Below the pieces are notes generated by a model. The model saw only the letters and a program-made list of their open reading frames with translations, did not search any database and was not told the origin of the DNA. Below, piece after piece: positions 10,424-19,329 of a stretch of DNA of 63,736 nucleotides (the first letter of the stretch is position 1; the number at the start of each line of letters is the position of its first letter). This DNA comes from Bacilli bacterium (GTDB lineage Bacteria; Bacillota_I; Bacilli_A; RF39; UBA660): NCBI GenBank assembly GCA_017936845.1, contig JAGBES010000025.1, positions 1 through 63,736 of the forward strand. The letters run 5' to 3'. Position numbers and translations under genes: made by a program.

Positions 10424-10452
10424 GTTTAAAAAAAATATATATAAACATAATA
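10424..10452 (+). promoter_or_regulatory. putative forespore (sigma-G/F-type) promoter
   Basis: GTTTA-N17-CATAATA upstream of the coat-F-like gene pair. Confidence 0.4.
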
Positions 10453-10470
10453 ACAAAGAAAGGAGAAAAT

Positions 10471-10692
10471 ATGGAAGAAAAATATAGGGAAGTACCAAAT
10501 ATAATATCAGGAAAAGATTTAGATTATTTAAGTGATATGTTTGAATGGAATTATGGATTATTAAAAAATACAAATGAAGCAGTAAATAAAGTTAATAATG
10601 AAGAAATTAAAAATATATTAATAAGAGCAATGGATATGTTCATAAATAATATAAATAATATATTAGGAATTTTAGGAGGTAAAAATGAATAA
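10471..10692 (+). CDS. small spore-associated protein (partner of the Coat F-like gene)
   Basis: VPNIISGKDLDYLSDMFEWN; strong AAGGAG SD; overlaps the next gene. Confidence 0.7.
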   Translation: MEEKYREVPNIISGKDLDYLSDMFEWNYGLLKNTNEAVNKVNNEEIKNILIRAMDMFINNINNILGILGGKNE

Positions 10693-10999
10693 TAAAATAA
10701 GTAATCCCAAAATAGAAGTTCCAAAAGGTATAATGTTAAATGATAAAGATTATATAACTTCATTATTGACAGGTCTAAAAAATTTAGAAAAGAACTATGT
10801 AGTAGCAATGACTGAAGCAAGTAACGAAAATTTATATCAAAAGTATAAAGAAATTTTCGACAATATAACTTCATTTCAAAGAACGGTATATGAATTAATG
10901 TTTCAGTTTGGATGGTATCAATTAGAAAAAGCTGAATCAAATAAAATAGAACAAAAATACCAAACGTTGTTAAAAGAATATCAAGATTTACAAATGTAA
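10685..10999 (+). CDS. Coat F domain spore protein
   Basis: LNDKD..LL..LK..Y..AMTEASN..QRTVYELMFQFGWY. Confidence 0.8.
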   Translation: MNNKISNPKIEVPKGIMLNDKDYITSLLTGLKNLEKNYVVAMTEASNENLYQKYKEIFDNITSFQRTVYELMFQFGWYQLEKAESNKIEQKYQTLLKEYQDLQM

Positions 11000-11084
11000 A
11001 GACACTATGTCTTTTTTATTTTATAGAAATATTGTAAAAATAAGATTTAATATGTTATAATATTAGTATTAATGGAGTGATAAA

Positions 11085-11900
11085 ATGAAAAAAATAAAAT
11101 TTTTATTAGTAACATTATTTATAATGCTTACATGCTTTACTAGTATTAACTACGTAAAAGCAGATACGAATTCTACAGGAAATTATATAGGTAGCATTGA
11201 AAACTCTGATAAAAGTACTACAACAGATATTGTAGTATGTGGTAATTTAGGAGAGCCAGGTATACCAGCAGGTATTCCTAAATTAACAAGAGGATTATAT
11301 AATCTAGTAAAATATATTGTTCCAGTTGCAATAATCTTATTAGGAATGTTAGATTTTGTAAAAGCAGTAATGGCATCAAAAGAGCAAGATATGAAGGAAT
11401 ATCAAAATAAATTTATAAGAAGATTAATAGCTGGAGTAGCTATATTTCTTGTTTTAGCTATAGTGAATTTTGTATTAAGACAAGCAAAATTTTCAGATAG
11501 TGAAAGTATGCTAGGATGTTTAAGCTGTTTATCAACTACAGAATCAGCATGTTCTAAATATACATTAAGTGATGATGGAACATATATAGAAGTAGAAAAA
11601 ACATATGAAGAAAAACAATGTATGAGCATATTAAAAGAGAATGAATGTAATATGACATCTAAATGTACTTGGAATAGTAAATCAATTTCATGTGAATATA
11701 GTCCAAATAAACCAAGCTGCTCAGTTTTAGGCGTTGGTTCATGCAGTGAAAGATCAGATTGTAAATGGACTGGTTCAATTTGTGAGTATGATTATAGTAA
11801 AGTACCATGTTCTACTTTAAGTGTTAGTTCATGTAGTGAAAGATCAGATTGTAAATGGACAGGTTCACAATCTGGTGGAATTTGTATTTCAAAGGAGTAA
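11085..11900 (+). CDS. VirB2/TrbC-like pilin with Cys-rich C-terminal repeats
   Basis: Signal peptide (YVKA); two-helix core IVPVAIILLGMLDFVKAVMA...KFIRRLIAGVAIFLV; three C..C...C.W...C repeats. Confidence 0.65.
   Translation: MKKIKFLLVTLFIMLTCFTSINYVKADTNSTGNYIGSIENSDKSTTTDIVVCGNLGEPGIPAGIPKLTRGLYNLVKYIVPVAIILLGMLDFVKAVMASKEQDMKEYQNKFIRRLIAGVAIFLVLAIVNFVLRQAKFSDSESMLGCLSCLSTTESACSKYTLSDDGTYIEVEKTYEEKQCMSILKENECNMTSKCTWNSKSISCEYSPNKPSCSVLGVGSCSERSDCKWTGSICEYDYSKVPCSTLSVSSCSERSDCKWTGSQSGGICISKE
11737..11867 (+). repeat. 41-bp intragenic direct repeat (90-bp period)
   Basis: 11737-11777 and 11827-11867 are 39/41 identical and encode SCSERSDCKWTGS. Confidence 0.9.
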
Positions 11901-11904
11901 AAAG

Positions 11905-12486
11905 ATGAAAATAACAAGTGTTGATTTAACAATTAGTGCTGTAAGAAGAAGCCAATACCCAACAGATAACAAACCAGAATTTTTATTAGTAGGAAGATCA
12001 AATGTAGGGAAAAGTAGCTTTATAAATACATTAATTAATAGAAAAAATTATGCAAGAACATCAGCTAATCCTGGAAAAACACAAACGATAAATTTTTATT
12101 TAGTAAATAATAGTTTTTATCTAGTAGATGCTCCAGGATATGGATTTGCAAATTTAAATAAAAGTAAAAAAAGAAAATTTGGATTAATGATGGAAGATTA
12201 TTTAACAAATAGAGAAAACTTAAAACAGGTATTTATGTTAATTGATTTTAGACATAAGCCATCAAGTGATGATATTATGATGTATGAATTTTTAAAATAT
12301 TATAAGATACCTGTTACAATAGTTGCAACTAAATCTGATAAAATAGGTATAACAAAACATCAAACTCAAAGAAATATGATATTAAATGATTTAGAATTAG
12401 TAGTAGGAGATGATTTTGTTGTATTTTCAAATGTAAATAAAGAAGGAAAAACAGAAATATATGACAAAATAGAAAGAATAATTTAA
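11905..12486 (+). CDS. engB: ribosome biogenesis GTPase YsxC/EngB
   Basis: GRSNVGKSS, PGKT, DAPGYG, TKSD; true start after AAGGAG. Confidence 0.95.
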   Translation: MKITSVDLTISAVRRSQYPTDNKPEFLLVGRSNVGKSSFINTLINRKNYARTSANPGKTQTINFYLVNNSFYLVDAPGYGFANLNKSKKRKFGLMMEDYLTNRENLKQVFMLIDFRHKPSSDDIMMYEFLKYYKIPVTIVATKSDKIGITKHQTQRNMILNDLELVVGDDFVVFSNVNKEGKTEIYDKIERII

Positions 12487-12492
12487 AAGAAT

Positions 12493-12522
12493 TTATAACA
12501 AATTCTTTTTTTTTCATACAAT
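12493..12522 (+). promoter_or_regulatory. putative sigma-E promoter
   Basis: TTATAAC then a perfect CATACAAT -10 element at 12515-12522. Confidence 0.5.
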
Positions 12523-12537
12523 AAATTAGGTGGTAAA

Positions 12538-13029
12538 ATGAAACTGATTCTTGAAAATGAAGATAATATAATACTAGCTATAAATAATGAAAATTTAGAT
12601 AATATAGATTTTAAGAATAATGAAGAAATAAAAGAATACTTTAGAAAAATATTTTTCAAAATAAAAGAAAGATATAAGATTTTATTAAATGGATTTTATT
12701 ATGTAAGAATATATAAAGATAAGTATTATGGAATATTTATAGAAATAGAAAAAAGTGAAATGGATTTTTATGACTATTATATTGATGAAATAGATATGCA
12801 TATAGAAATAGAGCAAAGTATATTTTTATATCAAATAAACGATATATATATTCCAAAAGAATTAAAGAAAAAAAATGATATTATTTTATACCAAAATAAT
12901 ATATATTTAAAAGTAAATAGAGAATTAAGTAATATAGAAAAAGGAAAATTAACAGAAATAAGCAATATTTTATACAAAAATGTAGATAAAATTTTAAAAT
13001 ATGGTAGAATATTAACAGTTAATAATTAA
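12538..13029 (+). CDS. MecA/YpbH-family ClpC adaptor-like protein
   Basis: NG...V.IY....G...I.K, acidic linker D.IDMHI..YQ and C-terminal LxE...KYGRI follow the YpbH pattern as recalled. Confidence 0.55.
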   Translation: MKLILENEDNIILAINNENLDNIDFKNNEEIKEYFRKIFFKIKERYKILLNGFYYVRIYKDKYYGIFIEIEKSEMDFYDYYIDEIDMHIEIEQSIFLYQINDIYIPKELKKKNDIILYQNNIYLKVNRELSNIEKGKLTEISNILYKNVDKILKYGRILTVNN

Positions 13030-13076
13030 CTTTTAAATCAAAATTTAATTTGGTATAATTAAAAAGAGGTGACTTT

Positions 13077-14399
13077 ATGAAAAAACCAGTAGTAGCACTA
13101 GTAGGAAGACCAAATGTAGGAAAAAGTACAATATTTAATAAAATAATAGGTCAAAAAATATCAATAATAGAAGATACTCCAGGTGTAACAAGAGATAGAA
13201 TTTATGGAAATGCAACATATAAAAACTATAAATTTCATTTAGTAGATACTGGAGGAATAGATTTAGAAGACAATAGTTTTAATGAAGAAATAAAAATGCA
13301 AGCTGAAATAGCTATAAATGAGTCAGATATTATTGTTTTTGTAGTAGATGGAAAAGAAGGAATAACAAGTAATGATTTAGTTGTAAAAGAAATGCTTCAA
13401 AAAACTAATAAAAAAGTAATAGTAGCCATTAATAAAATAGATAGTAAAGAATCAAAAGAACATTTATATGATTTCTATGAATTAGGTTTTAATGAATATG
13501 TAAATATAAGTGGAGAACAAAATATAGGAATAAGTGATTTGTTAGATAAAATATGCATTGATTTTAAAGAGATAGAAGATGATGATTATGATTCAAATAT
13601 AATCAAATTTTCTATTATTGGAAGACCAAACGTAGGAAAAAGTAGCTTAGTAAATGCTTTATTAAATGAGGACAGAGTAATAGTATCAAATGTAGCTGGA
13701 ACAACAAGGGATTCAGTAGATTTACCTTTAACATATCATAATCAAGAATTTGTTGTAATAGATACAGCAGGTATGAGAAAAAAAGGAAAAATATATGAAA
13801 ATATAGAAAGGTATAGTCTACTTCGTTCAATGAAAGCTATAGATAGGTCAGATGTTTGTGTAATAGTAATAAATGCAGAAGAAGGAATAATAGAACACGA
13901 CAAACATATAGCAGGATATGCTGTAGAATCAGGAAAAGCTGTAGTAATAGTAGTTAATAAATGGGATACAATAGAAAATAAAGATCAAGAAATGAAAAAA
14001 TGGAAACAATTAATAAAAGTAGAATTTGCTTTCTTAGATTATGCCCCAATAGTATTTTTATCAGCACTTACAAAAAAAAGAATTCATACATTAATGCCTG
14101 AAATAATTAAAGTTTATGAAAATAGTAAAAAAGAAATAAAAACAAGTGTTTTAAATGATGTAATAGAAGATGCATATCAATTAAATATTCCACCATCATA
14201 TAAAGGAAAAAGATTAAAAATTTATTTTTGTACACAAGTTGATACAAAACCACCAAAATTCAATATACAAGTAAATAGTAAAGGATTAGTTCATTTTTCA
14301 TATAAAAGATATTTAGAAAATAAAATAAGAGAATCATTCGATTTTGAAGGAACACCAATAATATTACAATTTAAAAATAAAGGTGAACAAGAATTATAG
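13077..14399 (+). CDS. der: ribosome biogenesis GTPase Der/EngA
   Basis: Two GRPNVGKS P-loops and a C-terminal KH-like domain. Confidence 0.97.
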   Translation: MKKPVVALVGRPNVGKSTIFNKIIGQKISIIEDTPGVTRDRIYGNATYKNYKFHLVDTGGIDLEDNSFNEEIKMQAEIAINESDIIVFVVDGKEGITSNDLVVKEMLQKTNKKVIVAINKIDSKESKEHLYDFYELGFNEYVNISGEQNIGISDLLDKICIDFKEIEDDDYDSNIIKFSIIGRPNVGKSSLVNALLNEDRVIVSNVAGTTRDSVDLPLTYHNQEFVVIDTAGMRKKGKIYENIERYSLLRSMKAIDRSDVCVIVINAEEGIIEHDKHIAGYAVESGKAVVIVVNKWDTIENKDQEMKKWKQLIKVEFAFLDYAPIVFLSALTKKRIHTLMPEIIKVYENSKKEIKTSVLNDVIEDAYQLNIPPSYKGKRLKIYFCTQVDTKPPKFNIQVNSKGLVHFSYKRYLENKIRESFDFEGTPIILQFKNKGEQEL

Positions 14400-14437
14400 A
14401 AGTAGCTTGAAGAATAAAATATATTAAAAACAAAAGG

Positions 14438-14902
14438 TTATTTTTTTAATCTTTTGTTTTTTTTCTTCTTTTCTTTTTTACTTTTTTTGCTTTTAATTAA
14501 TATATATATAAGAATTATAACTATTATTCCTATGCATATTACTATTATAGATAAGTCTTTTTTACTAAAAATAAATTTTTTTTCTTCTTCTACCTCTTTA
14601 TCTTTTTCATATTTTTGGATTATTATCTCATCATCTTTTGAATAGCTGTAGGTTTCTCTAGCATATTTTGCTAAATATTCTGGATCTTTTAATTTTTCCA
14701 TATCTGTTGATAAATTTTTTTCTTCTTTTTGTAATTCATATAGTTTATTTGATAATTGTTTTTCTTCATGTTTTAATGAATATATTTTATATATATAATA
14801 TCCTGAACTGAATATAAAATAAAAAATTATTATTATTGAAATCGTTCCAAAGAAAGCAAGTCTTCTTTTTGAAGTTTTACTTATTCTTTTCTTTTTAGAC
14901 AT
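14438..14902 (-). CDS. divIC: septum formation initiator DivIC/FtsB with an extra C-terminal TM helix
   Basis: TM, coiled coil, DPEYLAKYARE; downstream of yabP-yabQ. Confidence 0.8.
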   Translation of the reverse strand: MSKKKRISKTSKRRLAFFGTISIIIIFYFIFSSGYYIYKIYSLKHEEKQLSNKLYELQKEEKNLSTDMEKLKDPEYLAKYARETYSYSKDDEIIIQKYEKDKEVEEEKKFIFSKKDLSIIVICIGIIVIILIYILIKSKKSKKEKKKKNKRLKK

Positions 14903-14930
14903 ATAATCACCTACTATTAAGGTGATTATA

Positions 14931-15227
14931 TCATTTTTTAATTTTTAATGCAATCTTCTTAATTTTTTTATTTATGACAAAGTTTTCCATTATATAACCA
15001 GTTATTATCGAAAAAATACAATAAATGTGTACTATTCCATTATTTATTTTTAAAAGTATATAAAAATATAGTAAGGAGTTAAATATTATAAATAAAAAAG
15101 TTCCTATTATCTTTTTAAATTTATTTTCATTATAAATTATTTTATAATTAATATTTAATAAAAAAGAAAAGAATATTCCATATAAAAAAGAAACTATTAA
15201 AGATATTATTTGTAATTTTAGTGTCAT
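14931..15227 (-). CDS. yabQ: spore cortex protein YabQ (short form)
   Basis: MTLKLQ start, three TM helices, INNG motif, yabP-yabQ-divIC synteny. Confidence 0.75.
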   Translation of the reverse strand: MTLKLQIISLIVSFLYGIFFSFLLNINYKIIYNENKFKKIIGTFLFIIFNSLLYFYILLKINNGIVHIYCIFSIITGYIMENFVINKKIKKIALKIKK

Positions 15228-15511
15228 TTAAATAATTTACCTATGAAAGAATCTTCTTTTTCTTTTTTACCTGTATTTTCCATATAATTTAAACTATTTA
15301 TTCTTCCTTTTATAGATACATTTCCTTGATATGTATCTAGTTTAATTATTTCTAATTCATTTCCTTTAATTACTATATATCCCATGTTAGTTTCTAATAA
15401 AAATTCTTCATCATCAAAACTATCTATTTTTTTTACTCCAGTTATAACAATATTTTTTCTTTCATTTATTGTAATATTATGATTTCCTACATTTATTATA
15501 TCCTTGTCCAT
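15224..15511 (-). CDS. yabP: sporulation protein YabP
   Basis: ITGVKKIDSFDDEEFLLETNMG; C-terminal FIGKLFK. Confidence 0.93.
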   Translation of the reverse strand: MDKDIINVGNHNITINERKNIVITGVKKIDSFDDEEFLLETNMGYIVIKGNELEIIKLDTYQGNVSIKGRINSLNYMENTGKKEKEDSFIGKLFK

Positions 15512-15526
15512 ATTATCACCTAATAG

Positions 15527-15555
15527 ATTATATGCTTGAATTTAAATTTTATACA
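15527..15555 (-). promoter_or_regulatory. putative sigma-E promoter of yabP
   Basis: TGTATAA-N14-CATATAAT on the minus strand. Confidence 0.5.
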
Positions 15556-15565
15556 AAAAAAACGC

Positions 15566-15829
15566 TTAAGCGTTTAATTCTTTATTATATGCTTCTAATA
15601 TAGCATCTTCAAACATTTTTCTACATTCTGGTGTAATAGGATGTGCTATATCACGATATTCACCACTAGCTGTTTTACGACTTGGCATAGCAATAAATAA
15701 TCCTTTATCTCCTTCAATAATTCTAATATCATGGATTGCAAAACAATCATCTAATAATATTGAAGCAATTCCTTTCATTCTTGAATCTTCTTTTTCAGTT
15801 ATACGAACGTTTACAGATGTTATTTTCAT
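15566..15829 (-). CDS. spoVG: septation regulator SpoVG
   Basis: IHDIRIIEG..GLFIAMPSRK..DIAHPI. Confidence 0.96.
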   Translation of the reverse strand: MKITSVNVRITEKEDSRMKGIASILLDDCFAIHDIRIIEGDKGLFIAMPSRKTASGEYRDIAHPITPECRKMFEDAILEAYNKELNA

Positions 15830-15902
15830 ATTTTTCCCTCCAGTACTGTTAACAATTTTATTTTAACCTATATTTTCAATAAAATCAATATTTTTAATAA
15901 AT

Positions 15903-16115
15903 TTAGTAGTTAATTTTAATTGTTTTTGTTATTATATCTGAATAAGAAAAAGATTTTAATTCATTATTATTAAGTTTTACTATAAATACATGTTTATATA
16001 GTTCTTTTATAGTTACATCATATTCTTCAAATTTATTTCTACCTAAATTACATTTAATAATAGCTGTACTTCCTATATGTTTATTTAAATCTTGTTTTAT
16101 TTTTTCGATAGTCAT
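15903..16115 (-). CDS. veg: Veg family protein
   Basis: GRNK, LYKHVFIV, SFSYSDIIT; next to yabG. Confidence 0.88.
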   Translation of the reverse strand: MTIEKIKQDLNKHIGSTAIIKCNLGRNKFEEYDVTIKELYKHVFIVKLNNNELKSFSYSDIITKTIKINY

Positions 16116-16126
16116 TAAATTCCCCC

Positions 16127-16903
16127 TTATCTTGGATAGCCTATATGCATAGTTCCTTTAGTAATTATTCCACCTATTCCTTCTGAACCATATTTAGTAT
16201 TTTCAAGTATATCCTTAATATCTATATCATATGCTATATCTGATAAACTCATTTTTGTTGCAACTATAGCAGGATCTAATGCATGAATATTAACCCTTTT
16301 AGGACTAGATGCAAAATTTGCTCCTGCTTTTATTAATTCTTCATAATCAGACTGACAACCACCAGCTATTATAACTAGTTTTTCATGGCTTTTTTCAAAT
16401 TTTCTGGCTTCCAATACAGCTTGTTTAAAATATTTACTGTTTTTATAACAATTTATATTTCTTTCATCTTTTCTTTTTTTATAATAAGCATCATGACCAG
16501 TTATTACTATAATATCTGGATTATATTCATTAAGAAGATCAATTATTCTATTAGGCATATTTTCCTCTTTTTCAAGTATACCAGCTGCCCATATGTTTGA
16601 ATTTTCATAATATTTTAAGCATCGATTTAAATATTCTTCATCAGCATCTATATGTAGTATTTTTCCTGGTAAATAAAAATAATCATTTCTATCTAATTTA
16701 TTAGGCTTTATTTTTCCTAAAAATTCTTCATCTCGATCTATATCTTCATCTTGTAATTTTAAATCGTTTTTTAAACTATCTGCACATAATCTTATATTAA
16801 GACCTTGTAAATAACATGTATCATTTTCTATTTTAACTATTTTAAATAATGTATCATTATTATAAGAATTTCTTGTTACAATATCACCAATTTTAAAATC
16901 CAT
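16127..16903 (-). CDS. yabG: sporulation peptidase YabG
   Basis: PGKILHIDAD, ITGHD, GGCQS, GANFASSP.RVNIHALDP. Confidence 0.95.
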   Translation of the reverse strand: MDFKIGDIVTRNSYNNDTLFKIVKIENDTCYLQGLNIRLCADSLKNDLKLQDEDIDRDEEFLGKIKPNKLDRNDYFYLPGKILHIDADEEYLNRCLKYYENSNIWAAGILEKEENMPNRIIDLLNEYNPDIIVITGHDAYYKKRKDERNINCYKNSKYFKQAVLEARKFEKSHEKLVIIAGGCQSDYEELIKAGANFASSPKRVNIHALDPAIVATKMSLSDIAYDIDIKDILENTKYGSEGIGGIITKGTMHIGYPR

Positions 16904-16917
16904 AATATCACCATTTA

Positions 16918-16946
16918 AGTATATGATTTTAAAAAAATAGATATGA
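16918..16946 (-). promoter_or_regulatory. putative mother-cell (sigma-E/K-type) promoter of yabG
   Basis: TCATATC-N14-CATATACT on the minus strand. Confidence 0.5.
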
Positions 16947-16970
16947 AAAAAATCTACAATTGTAGATTTT

Positions 16971-17516
16971 TTATATTTTTAAAGTTTCTTTTTTTTCACT
17001 GTCTAAGTTTTTGCCATCATAGTATGTTTTTTTCTGATATTTACATATTCTTGCAACTAAATTGGCTGGGAAAGTAGTGGTAAGTTTATTATAATCAGTA
17101 ATGATATCATTGTAATATTTTCTAGCTGCTACTATTTCTGATTCTGATTCAAATAAAGCAAGATCTATTTTTAAAAAACTTTCATTATTACTTAATTCTT
17201 CATTTTCTTCTTTATATTTATTAAACTCATTAATAGATTCATATAACTTTCTATCTAATTCAAAATTTGATAGTTTTTTAGATTTCATTTCATCAACACT
17301 TTCTAAAACATTATCTTTCTTTTTTGTATGAGCTTTAATAATGTTTATAGATTTATTTAAAAGATCATATCTTTTTCTTAATGTAGTATCAATAAAATTT
17401 TCAGCCTCATTAATTCTTATTATATATGATTGAAAATGATTATATGTATTAATAAACCATATAAGTAGAAAACAAATTAATATAAATAGTATAATTAATA
17501 TATAAAACATACTCAT
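16971..17516 (-). CDS. LemA family protein
   Basis: N-terminal TM, L.KRYDL, E.EIVAARKYYN...YN.....FPANLVA. Confidence 0.85.
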   Translation of the reverse strand: MSMFYILIILFILICFLLIWFINTYNHFQSYIIRINEAENFIDTTLRKRYDLLNKSINIIKAHTKKKDNVLESVDEMKSKKLSNFELDRKLYESINEFNKYKEENEELSNNESFLKIDLALFESESEIVAARKYYNDIITDYNKLTTTFPANLVARICKYQKKTYYDGKNLDSEKKETLKI

Positions 17517-17559
17517 TATTATCACCTAAATTAATTATAGCAAAAAAGCTTAAAAATAT

Positions 17560-17925
17560 CTAGGTATTTGGTACAAATTCTTCACTATAATTAATTGGTT
17601 CATCAAATGATATAAAATCAACATAAATCATAAGCAAAAGTTCCCATGTTCCGGTATTAGGTTCACTAAGAATTATATGATCACGACCAGATTGTTCAAT
17701 GATACCTTTAAATTCTCTATCACGATATTCATTTGAATCTGGGAATGTCATATGTACTCTTACTTGTTTTCCTTTATTCAATCTTAGAATATTTTCAATA
17801 TAAGATTGTTCACTAGGTAAGGCCATTGGTTCATAATTAGAAGTATAGTTTTGATTGCTAGGTGGTGTATTATTTACGTTGAAATTTTGGCTTGGAAAAA
17901 TTGGTTTTCCATAATAATTATTCAT
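17560..17925 (-). CDS. gerQ: spore coat protein GerQ
   Basis: EQSYIENILRLNKGK, GIIEQSGRDHIILSEP; start after GAGGAG. Confidence 0.92.
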   Translation of the reverse strand: MNNYYGKPIFPSQNFNVNNTPPSNQNYTSNYEPMALPSEQSYIENILRLNKGKQVRVHMTFPDSNEYRDREFKGIIEQSGRDHIILSEPNTGTWELLLMIYVDFISFDEPINYSEEFVPNT

Positions 17926-17994
17926 AAAATCATCTCCTCTCATAAATTATATTACAATAAAAATAATTTATGATATAATAGATTAGGTGATAGT

Positions 17995-18567
17995 ATGGAA
18001 GTAACAATAGGAGTATCAAATAGACATGTTCATTTAACAGAAGAAGATTATAAAAATTTATTTGGTAATGAAGAAATACATGAAATAAAAAAAATAAATC
18101 AACCTGGACAATTCGCATCTGATAAATTTGTTAAATTACAAAATGGAGATAACGTTATTGAAAATGTAAGAGTATTAGGACCTTTTAGAAAATATACTCA
18201 AGTAGAAATTTCAAAGACAGATGCATATCATTTAAAATTAAATCCACCGATTAGAAAATCTGGAAATTTAAAAAATAGTAGCCCAATAACTATAATAGGG
18301 CCAAATGGTAAAATTGATTTAAAAGAAGGATGTATAATTGCTGATAGACATATACATATTTTACCTAAACAAGTAGAATTATATGGATTACAAGGTATAG
18401 AAAAAGTATCAATTCTATTACCAGGAGAAAAAGGTGGAATAATTAATAACGTACATTTAAGAGTATCAGAACAATCTTATTTTGAACTTCATATAGATAC
18501 AGATGATGCTAATGCACATTTAATAAAAAATGGTGACATAGGAATAATATTAAATAATATAAAATAG
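17995..18567 (+). CDS. pduL: PduL phosphate propanoyl/acetyltransferase
   Basis: GVSNRHVHL, QPGQFA, RVLGP.R..TQVEIS.TDA, RHIH, HIDTDDANA. Confidence 0.93.
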   Translation: MEVTIGVSNRHVHLTEEDYKNLFGNEEIHEIKKINQPGQFASDKFVKLQNGDNVIENVRVLGPFRKYTQVEISKTDAYHLKLNPPIRKSGNLKNSSPITIIGPNGKIDLKEGCIIADRHIHILPKQVELYGLQGIEKVSILLPGEKGGIINNVHLRVSEQSYFELHIDTDDANAHLIKNGDIGIILNNIK

Positions 18568-18595
18568 CTTGAAAAAGTTATTTTTTTTTACATAT

Positions 18596-18612
18596 TTCGA
18601 CAAAATTTGACA
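18596..18612. promoter_or_regulatory. Spo0A box (plus an adjacent imperfect box)
   Basis: TTCGACA at 18596-18602 (= TGTCGAA) and TTTGACA at 18606-18612, upstream of cse60. Confidence 0.5.
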
Positions 18613-18645
18613 AACAATCATAATATAATGAAAATCGGTGATTAA

Positions 18646-18813
18646 ATGAAAGTAAAGATATTTGATGAAAATCATGAAAAAGATTTAGAAAACGCTATTA
18701 ATGATTTTTTAGATGATGATATAGAATTAATTGATATAAAATATGAAGTATCAGTAAGTATTTTTTCTGATGAACAAGTATTTTGTTTTTCAGCTATGAT
18801 TATATATAGATAG
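18646..18813 (+). CDS. cse60: sporulation protein Cse60 (DUF2758), 55 aa, not in the ORF track
   Basis: MKVKIFDENHEKDLENAINDFL..IDIKYEV...FCFSAMIIYR; GGTGA SD. Confidence 0.88.
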   Translation: MKVKIFDENHEKDLENAINDFLDDDIELIDIKYEVSVSIFSDEQVFCFSAMIIYR

Positions 18814-18923
18814 TTGACAACTAAAAAAAAAGATGATATTATTTTGAACTATGTGGGAAAAAATAGTAATAAATAACACCAAAATAAATATAATGAATAT
18901 TGTAATATAGAAAGAGTGATATA

Positions 18924-19280
18924 GTGAAAGATGTAATGAGAGAAAAAATAGAATTCATTCATGATAATAAAGATGATATACTTGAAAATTTGGGAATGGT
19001 AGGATATGATTTATTTACAATACTTAGTAATGATGACTCTTTATTAGAATTAAATGAATATAAAAAAATAAAGGAATTTTTAAATAATAGTAAAGCTAAA
19101 ACAATATATACATTAAAAGATGAATTATATATTTTGTATTATTTATTGAGTGTTTTAGATAAAATTAGTATGAATTTAGAAGAAAAAGAGAAAAATAAAT
19201 CTAAGATATCCAAATATATAGAATATATAAACAAAGATAATAATGATGTATATGTAAAAACAATAAAAAGAACAGCATAG
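18924..19280 (+). CDS. hypothetical protein with a basic C-terminal tail
   Basis: Own TTGACA-N17-TATTAT promoter (18814-18842); ends VYVKTIKRTA. Confidence 0.7.
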   Translation: MKDVMREKIEFIHDNKDDILENLGMVGYDLFTILSNDDSLLELNEYKKIKEFLNNSKAKTIYTLKDELYILYYLLSVLDKISMNLEEKEKNKSKISKYIEYINKDNNDVYVKTIKRTA

Positions 19281-19329
19281 TTTTTGCTATTTTCTTTTTT
19301 TTTTGCTATAATTTTAAAAGGTGATAAAA

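Noticed and set aside
11737-11867. Repeat pair as a DGR template/variable region
   Set aside because: Both copies are in-frame in one gene, the differences are synonymous, and no reverse transcriptase is present.
18820-18832. Poly-A tract in a promoter spacer as a phase-variation switch
   Set aside because: A/T runs of this length are ubiquitous at this base composition.
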